A stretch of DNA of 32,000 bases, taken from assembly GCF_025699125.1 (NCBI RefSeq), contig NZ_JAILWC010000001.1:134884-166883 (forward strand), written 5' to 3'. Position 1 is the first letter of the stretch; each line of letters opens with the position of its first letter. This stretch comes from Nitrosopumilus sp. (GTDB lineage: Archaea > Thermoproteota > Nitrososphaeria > Nitrososphaerales > Nitrosopumilaceae). The translations under genes and the position numbers were made by a program. Shown in pieces: positions 26,686 to 32,000 of this stretch. The notes beneath the pieces were generated by a model. It was not told where the DNA came from. It was given only the letters and a program-made list of their open reading frames with translations, and made no database searches.

Positions 26686-27642
26686 ATGTTAGTCCAACAG
26701 TCATCCCAACTCAAAGATGAGATTTTGAGACTCAAGAAGGAAAAAAATGTGGTAATTTTAGCTCACAACTACCAAATTCCTGACGTACAGGATGTTGCAG
26801 ACTTTGTTGGTGACTCTCTGGGTCTATCACGACAAGCAGCAAACGTGGATCAAAAAATAATTCTGTTTTGCGGTGTAAATTTTATGGCAGAAACCGCAGC
26901 AATAATCAGTCCTGACAAAAAAGTACTGCTTCCTGATTTAGATGCTGGATGTTCCTTGTCTGATTCTATCACTGTTGATGAACTGCGTAACTGGAAAAAC
27001 CAACATCCAAATGCCATTGCAGTAGGATATGTCAATACCACTGCAGAGATTAAAGCAGAGCTTGACTATTGCTGTACTTCATCGAATGCCGTTAATGTGG
27101 TAAAGTCCATTCCTGAAGAAAAAGAGATTTTGTTTCTGCCTGACATGTTTCTTGGATCTTATGTCGCAAAAATGACTGGAAGAAAAAATATGCATATCTG
27201 GGCAGGCGAATGCCATGTGCATGCAGGTATTAGGCCTGAAGACGTATCTGAAAAATTAGACTCTATGAAGGATGCCGAATTTATCATTCATCCAGAATGC
27301 AGTTGTACAACACCAATGATGTATGACGTTGCAGATGGAAGCTTTGATGACAAAAAAGTCTCAATTCTCTCAACAGAAGGAATGCTGAATCATGTAAACA
27401 AATCAAAATCAAAAAACTTTGTTGTTGCAACTGAAACCGGTATCTTGTATAGGATGAGACAGCAAAATCCTGGAAAAACATTTGTTCCTGCATCTGAGAA
27501 AGCTGAATGTCAATACATGAAGATGATTACTCTTGAAAAAGTATATGATGCACTAATTAATGAAAAAAACATCGTCACTGTTCCAAAAGAGATTGCAGAT
27601 AAGGCTCGTTTAGCAATTAATAGAATGCTTGAAATCAGCTAA
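26686..27642 (+). CDS. nadA: Quinolinate synthase
   Basis: It carries 'VVILAHNYQIPDVQDVADFVGDSL', 'GVNFMAETAAI' and conserved Cys positions, and its length fits NadA. Confidence 0.9.
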   Translation: MLVQQSSQLKDEILRLKKEKNVVILAHNYQIPDVQDVADFVGDSLGLSRQAANVDQKIILFCGVNFMAETAAIISPDKKVLLPDLDAGCSLSDSITVDELRNWKNQHPNAIAVGYVNTTAEIKAELDYCCTSSNAVNVVKSIPEEKEILFLPDMFLGSYVAKMTGRKNMHIWAGECHVHAGIRPEDVSEKLDSMKDAEFIIHPECSCTTPMMYDVADGSFDDKKVSILSTEGMLNHVNKSKSKNFVVATETGILYRMRQQNPGKTFVPASEKAECQYMKMITLEKVYDALINEKNIVTVPKEIADKARLAINRMLEIS

Positions 27643-27647
27643 ACTGT

Positions 27648-28043
27648 GTGATATTTTTGGTTGGATTATTCACTCCAAAAGATCCTCAAAAGAAAAAAAA
27701 TATTGAAAAACTTAAAGAGATCAAAAAATTAGTTAAAGAAAAAAAATACGATGCTGCATTAAAATCCGGCACAGAATATCTGCACAAAGTTCCACATCAT
27801 CATGATCTTTTGTTTACTTTGGGTGGCATTTACTATTTGCAAAAAAAGTACAAAACCGCAATAACTTATTTTGAGCGAGCACTTGAAATTGGTTCTTATG
27901 ACATTGAAGTTTTATTACTGAAAGCGTATTCTCACCAAAAATTAGGTGAAAATAAAAGATCTATTCAATGTTGTGAAAAGATTCAAGAAATTAACCCCAA
28001 AAACAAAGCAGTTATTGCATTATTGGAAGAACTGAATCATTAA
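27648..28043 (+). CDS. TPR-repeat protein
   Basis: It has TPR-like repeats 'LGGIYYLQKKYKTAITYFERALEI' and 'KAYSHQKLGENKRSIQCCEKIQEINP'. GTG start. It overlaps the convergent nadC end by 4 nt. Confidence 0.55.
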   Translation: MIFLVGLFTPKDPQKKKNIEKLKEIKKLVKEKKYDAALKSGTEYLHKVPHHHDLLFTLGGIYYLQKKYKTAITYFERALEIGSYDIEVLLLKAYSHQKLGENKRSIQCCEKIQEINPKNKAVIALLEELNH

Positions 28044-28858
28044 ATTTCTAAACTCACATCAATTCCTTTAACCGAATTCGTTATGCTTCCAACCGATATG
28101 ATGTCCACTCCTGTTTTTCCATACTTTTCGATATTTTTGGAATTGATTCCGCCTGATGCCTCCAGCATTACTTTGTTTCGTAATTTCTGATTTTTTAGCT
28201 CTTGAATTGTCTTCTTGATTTGTACTGGTGAGAAATTATCTAGCATGATTATTGTTGCTCCTTCTTTTGCTGCAAGAATTGCATCAAAAGTATTTTCAAC
28301 TTCAACCTCAAATTTCTTGTATCTCTTCTTTGTTTTTTTAATTAACGATTCCAATGACCCCTCAATTGCAATGTGATTGTCTTTTATCATCACCATTTCA
28401 TCTAGTCTGAGTCTGTGTTTTCTACCCCCTCCAATCTCTACTGCCTCTTTATCAAAATATCTTAGTCCTGGGGCTGTCTTTCTTGTTGCATACAATTTTA
28501 CATTTTTTGGAATCTTCTTTACAAGATCATTTGTTTGAGTTGCAATTCCGCTCATTCTTGTAATGAGATTTAACACAGTTCTCTCACACGCTAGAATCTT
28601 GCCAGCATCTCCTGAAATGATCATTATTGCTTGATTGGGTTTAATTTTTGAGCCGTCTTTTCTCAGAATTTTTGCATTACATCCTTTTAATCTGAAAATC
28701 TCTTTTGCATGTGATGCTCCTCCTATTACGGCATTCTCCCTTGAAATTATTTTGGCTGTGATCTTTTTTTTTGATAACAGAGAACTTGTAATGTCTCCTG
28801 TACCGATATCTTCAGCAAGAAACTGTGACAACTGTTTTTTGGAATTAAATGACAACAT
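28040..28858 (-). CDS. nadC: Nicotinate-nucleotide pyrophosphorylase (quinolinate phosphoribosyltransferase)
   Basis: It carries 'ATRKTAPGLRYFDKEAVEIGGGRKHRLRLDEMVMIKDNHIA' and 'VEVEVEN...IMLDNF...LEASGGI'. Confidence 0.9.
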   Translation of the reverse strand: MLSFNSKKQLSQFLAEDIGTGDITSSLLSKKKITAKIISRENAVIGGASHAKEIFRLKGCNAKILRKDGSKIKPNQAIMIISGDAGKILACERTVLNLITRMSGIATQTNDLVKKIPKNVKLYATRKTAPGLRYFDKEAVEIGGGRKHRLRLDEMVMIKDNHIAIEGSLESLIKKTKKRYKKFEVEVENTFDAILAAKEGATIIMLDNFSPVQIKKTIQELKNQKLRNKVMLEASGGINSKNIEKYGKTGVDIISVGSITNSVKGIDVSLEI

Positions 28859-28880
28859 TATTGTTAAAACGCTAATGTGA

Positions 28881-28888
28881 TTTTAAAG
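28881..28888 (-). promoter_or_regulatory. TATA-like CTTTAAAA (minus strand) centred about 27 nt upstream of the nadC ATG
   Basis: An A/T box lies in the 43-nt gap between the nadC start and the spt4 stop. Confidence 0.3.
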
Positions 28889-28901
28889 ATTTAGAAATTT
28901 T

Positions 28902-29090
28902 TTATGTTACTTTGATTGCATACTTGCCCTTTTGGGTAATGCCTAAAGTTTTTGAAATCTCTGAATTAGTTGGATCAACTACAAGTACTATTCCACTCCA
29001 ATCTGGTGTCAAATCTGATGATTTACAACCGGGACAGACTTTACCTGTGGTAACAAACTTGCATTTTCTGCATGCCATCTCTCGTGCCAT
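28902..29090 (-). CDS. spt4: Transcription elongation factor Spt4 (RpoE''-like zinc ribbon)
   Basis: The four-Cys ribbon is 'CRKCKFVTTGKVCPGCKS', followed by 'DWSGIVLVVDPTNSEISK'. It lies immediately downstream of rpo7. Confidence 0.8.
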   Translation of the reverse strand: MAREMACRKCKFVTTGKVCPGCKSSDLTPDWSGIVLVVDPTNSEISKTLGITQKGKYAIKVT

Positions 29091-29091
29091 T

Positions 29092-29688
29092 CTAACTTGC
29101 CTCTACTTCAGCTTCTTTTGCTGGTTTGTCTGAACCTCCACCAGCTTTCTTTATCTCTTCTGCAATCCAATCATCTGCACCAAGGAATGGTTGTCTGCAA
29201 GTAATTCCAATCTTGCCCATTGCGGCAGCTTTGCCTAATGATACTGCAGTAATTCTTGCACGCAGTGTAGAACCAACTTTTAGTGTTCTTCCACTTTGAT
29301 TAGCTAAAATCATTCCAGATTTTACATCGCTCTTTAGGTAATCATCCATAACTTGTGATAAATGAAGCAATGCATCAGTTGGACCAATTCTTACAAATGC
29401 TCCAAAGTCTGTAATGTCTACAATTTCTCCCTGAACAATTTCTTGTAATTTTGGATAAAATGTCAATGCCTCAAATTGAACCTTATGGAATGTTCCACCG
29501 TCGCCTGCAATCATTTTTCCCATTTCGTCAACTTTGGCATCTAAAATCATAATGATGTAACCTAAATCTGCATTAATCATACTCTCGTACTTTTCTTTGA
29601 GTATGTTCACTGCCGCCTTTTTGAGTGTGGTTCCAAACAAGCTAGGGGGAATCCTAACAACATCAACTAGGGTGGATATAGAAAACAA
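29092..29688 (-). CDS. rpo7: RNA polymerase subunit Rpo7 (E') with an S1 domain
   Basis: The S1 motif is 'GEIVDITDFGAFVRIGP'. The maximal ORF starts at TTG 29712. I prefer TTG 29688, which gives 'MFSISTLVDVVRIPP', the usual Rpo7 N-terminus. A TAAAATAC box (29728-29735, minus strand) would put the transcription start downstream of 29712. Confidence 0.8.
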   Translation of the reverse strand: MFSISTLVDVVRIPPSLFGTTLKKAAVNILKEKYESMINADLGYIIMILDAKVDEMGKMIAGDGGTFHKVQFEALTFYPKLQEIVQGEIVDITDFGAFVRIGPTDALLHLSQVMDDYLKSDVKSGMILANQSGRTLKVGSTLRARITAVSLGKAAAMGKIGITCRQPFLGADDWIAEEIKKAGGGSDKPAKEAEVEAS

Positions 29689-29816
29689 CTGTGTATTTTC
29701 CTTGAATTTCAATTTATGAATGTTTAGGTATTTTAGGCTTGAATTTCCAAAGATTTTGCTAATTTTTCAAATAAATGACAATTTTTTTTGTAATCTAACT
29801 TATAGTTGCGAGCTGT

Positions 29817-29841
29817 AGTTCACGTTTAAATAAAGTGAACT
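29817..29841 (+). promoter_or_regulatory. TATA-like TTTAAATAAA (29825-29834) bracketed by a 7-bp inverted repeat AGTTCAC/GTGAACT, upstream of mrp
   Basis: Read directly from the sequence. The A/T box centre is about 27 nt upstream of the ATG at 29856. The inverted-repeat arms are at 29817-29823 and 29835-29841. Confidence 0.4.
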
Positions 29842-29855
29842 GACTTTTTGACACA

Positions 29856-30968
29856 ATGGTTGGAATAGATCAAGTCCTTGAAAAACTTAGCACTGTCATT
29901 GATCCTGATTTGAAAAAAGACATTGTATCAATGGGCATGATTAAAGATTTGGAACTAAATGATGGTGATTTGAAATTTACTTTGGAACTAACGACTCCTG
30001 CATGTCCATTCAATGTCGAAATTGAGGATGATGTGAGAAAGGTAATTGGTGAAATAACTGATTTGAAAAATTTTGATTTGAAGGTAACTGCCAAAGTAAT
30101 GGAAGGTCGTTCACTTGATGCTGATACTGGAATGGCAACTGTCAAAAATATCATTGGTGTTGCAAGTGGCAAGGGTGGAGTTGGAAAATCAACTGTTTCT
30201 CTGAATTTAGCATTAGCTTTATCTGAATCAGGAGCTAAAGTTGGATTGTTAGATGCTGATATCTACGGTCCTAGCATTCCACTGATGTTGGGAATGAAGG
30301 ATGGATTCATGGAAGTAGAAGACAACAAACTCCAACCTGCAGACTCTAATGGATTAAAAGTTGTTTCTTTTGGTTTCTTTGCAGACCAGTCTAATCAAGC
30401 AGCAATTTACCGTGGTCCAATCATTTCTGGAATACTGAAACAATTTTTAGTTGATACTAATTGGTCTGACTTAGACTATCTTATTGTAGATCTTCCACCG
30501 GGTACTGGTGACATTCCACTAACTCTTGCACAAACAATTCCTATTACTGGAATTCTTGTTGTCACTACTCCCCAAGATGTAGCAAGCAACGTTGCAGTCA
30601 AAGCTGTATCCATGTTTGAAAAACTAAACGTTCCAATCATTGGCGTAGTTGAAAACATGAGTTACTTTCTCTGTCCAAATTGCAATGACAAACATTACAT
30701 CTTTGGTGAAGGCGGTGCAAAGAAAATTAGCGAACAATTCAACATGCCTTTCCTGGGCGAGATTCCATTAAACTCTGGAATCATGGCAGGTTCTGATTTG
30801 GGAAAACCAATTATGATTACAAATCCTGATTCTCCAAGTGCTCTGGCTTTTAGAAAGAGTGCAAAAAATATTGCAGCACAATGCAGTATTCTTGCAGCAA
30901 AGTTACAAGATGAGATGGCATCTGAAAGTTCTAGTGAAGAGTCATCTCCTGAGGCAAGTACTGTATAG
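29856..30968 (+). CDS. mrp: Mrp/ApbC/NBP35-family Fe-S cluster carrier ATPase with an N-terminal DUF59 domain
   Basis: The DUF59-like N-terminus is 'VIDPDLKKDIVSMGMIKDL'. The deviant Walker A is 'SGKGGVGKST'. It also has 'CPNC' and 'VENMSYF'. Confidence 0.9.
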   Translation: MVGIDQVLEKLSTVIDPDLKKDIVSMGMIKDLELNDGDLKFTLELTTPACPFNVEIEDDVRKVIGEITDLKNFDLKVTAKVMEGRSLDADTGMATVKNIIGVASGKGGVGKSTVSLNLALALSESGAKVGLLDADIYGPSIPLMLGMKDGFMEVEDNKLQPADSNGLKVVSFGFFADQSNQAAIYRGPIISGILKQFLVDTNWSDLDYLIVDLPPGTGDIPLTLAQTIPITGILVVTTPQDVASNVAVKAVSMFEKLNVPIIGVVENMSYFLCPNCNDKHYIFGEGGAKKISEQFNMPFLGEIPLNSGIMAGSDLGKPIMITNPDSPSALAFRKSAKNIAAQCSILAAKLQDEMASESSSEESSPEASTV

Positions 30969-30979
30969 TCACGATTAAT

Positions 30980-31474
30980 GTGAAATTATCTGAATCTCTA
31001 CGAGACCAATTGAAAGTTCCTTTAGGATTACTTTTACCTGAAAGCCAAGCTGACAAAACAAATATTCAAAAACATCTTCCAGAGAATTCCTACATTATCA
31101 CCGTTGGTGATAGGACAACTGAAAAAATGATTGAGTTTGGTCTGATTCCTTCTTTGCAAATAATTGACAATTTGGAAAAAAGGAAAAAAAGAGAACCTCC
31201 CAAGTTGGAATCTGCAATTGAATTGACAGTTGATAATCCTCCTGCAGAAATCACATCAAACAGCATGGATGTAATTAAAAAAGCCTTTACAATGAAAACT
31301 CCAATACGATTAACTGTAAACGGTGAAGAAGATCTTCTGGTCTTACCAGTCTGTATTTATGCTCCTGAAAATGCAACTGTTCTGTACGGTCAACCAAATG
31401 AAGGACTAGTTATAGTCAAGATTACCCCAGAAATTAGAAATAAAGCACAATCATTACTTGATTCAATGGAATAA
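30980..31474 (+). CDS. DUF359 protein (archaeal GTP-dependent dephospho-CoA kinase family)
   Basis: It carries 'ITVGDRTT' and 'VNGEEDLLVLPV', which are characteristic of DUF359. GTG start. Confidence 0.65.
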   Translation: MKLSESLRDQLKVPLGLLLPESQADKTNIQKHLPENSYIITVGDRTTEKMIEFGLIPSLQIIDNLEKRKKREPPKLESAIELTVDNPPAEITSNSMDVIKKAFTMKTPIRLTVNGEEDLLVLPVCIYAPENATVLYGQPNEGLVIVKITPEIRNKAQSLLDSME

Positions 31475-31476
31475 TT

Positions 31477-31536
31477 GGGGTATGATGAGACGGTGGCTGT
31501 ATGATTGATGATTACTCTACTAAACCTTCTGACCCT
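31477..31536 (+). ncRNA. Candidate C/D-box sRNA (2'-O-methylation guide)
   Basis: Box C is AUGAUGA (31482-31488), followed by a 12-nt spacer GACGGUGGCUGU. D' is AUGA (31501-31504), then a 3-nt loop, then C' AUGAUUA (31508-31514). A 14-nt spacer CUCUACUAAACCUU precedes box D CUGA (31529-31532). A terminal GGG/CCC stem joins 31478-31480 to 31533-31535. The A at D' position 1 and the U at C' position 6 are mutually compensatory relative to the consensus C and G. Confidence 0.4.
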
Positions 31537-31627
31537 ATTAATTCATATTTTTAAAGAATCAAAATACACCAAACTTCTCACAACAATTGACATTTCAAGA
31601 TAAACGCAAATTGTTGTAGAAAAAACA

Positions 31628-32000
31628 ATGAAACTTGATCCTGAATTACGATTACAAATATTAGAAAAAGTTGGAATCTACTCAAACCGTTTCTCTATTC
31701 CAGAACCTAGAATTCTATTGTCCACAAAAGAAGTTCTTGATGCTCCAAAGGAAATGACTGAAGGCAGACGTACATCTGCATACAAGTATTATGGGGTATC
31801 TTACCTTCAGCATAATTTAGTATTCATAAATGTGAGAAAAATTCCTGATGAGAAAACTCTTGAAAACACTCTTGTCCATGAATTAATCCATATGAGATTT
31901 CCATATCTTGCTCATGGCAAAAGATTCAACAAATTAGTAAGACAAGGGCTTGGAGGCAAAACATTTTTGCCTTATCGAAAAAGAAACAAGATCTCTGCTA
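31628..32000 (+). CDS. 3'-partial HExxH protein (SprT-like zinc metallopeptidase-like)
   Basis: The frame is open from the ATG at 31628 to the window end, so it is absent from the ORF track. It carries 'TLVHELIHMRFPYLAHGKRF', an HExxH with a downstream His. Confidence 0.45.
   Translation, partial: MKLDPELRLQILEKVGIYSNRFSIPEPRILLSTKEVLDAPKEMTEGRRTSAYKYYGVSYLQHNLVFINVRKIPDEKTLENTLVHELIHMRFPYLAHGKRFNKLVRQGLGGKTFLPYRKRNKISA

Noticed and set aside
1-32000. A CRISPR array, cas1/cas2, tRNA or rRNA genes, looked for because of the Cas4-like gene and the integrase-like fragment
   Set aside because: I saw no regularly spaced direct repeats and no tRNA-like T-arm or acceptor structures in the intergenic regions. 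This was a visual scan only; tRNAscan-SE and a CRISPR finder should confirm it.

Overview
This is an AT-rich archaeal chromosome segment. It looks like a Nitrosopumilus-like ammonia-oxidising thaumarchaeon, based on a PEFG-CTERM surface protein, A/T boxes about 27-30 nt upstream of start codons, and typical archaeal information-processing genes. I recognise these backbone genes: an RNase J-like beta-CASP nuclease, a tightly coupled nurA-herA-mre11-rad50 operon, a NAD cluster (aspartate dehydrogenase, nadA, nadC), spt4-rpo7, an Mrp/ApbC Fe-S carrier, a DUF359 dephospho-CoA kinase, and a 3'-partial HExxH protein. No rRNA, tRNA or CRISPR array was found. The main finding is at the left edge (nt 2-7703). 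It is a same-strand, translationally coupled four-gene operon whose first gene runs off the window. Gene 1 is a giant DExH helicase fused to a Cys-rich DUF1998 module, which resembles a DISARM DrmA-DrmB fusion. It is followed by a single-HKD PLD nuclease (DrmC-like), a 496-aa orphan protein in extremely AT-rich DNA, and a solo Cas4-like Fe-S PD-(D/E)xK nuclease. No methyltransferase is visible in the window. A RusA-like resolvase converges on this operon, and a decayed integrase-like fragment lies about 2 kb further on. A second accessory patch (about 16.9-21.8 kb) holds an unlisted 45-aa AbrB-type gene, a Rossmann/CARF-like plus wHTH regulator, three orphan genes and an N-terminally truncated HIT gene. 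I also report a candidate C/D-box sRNA at 31477-31536 and several small palindromes and direct repeats in promoter regions. All functional calls come from motif recognition by eye; no database search was run.
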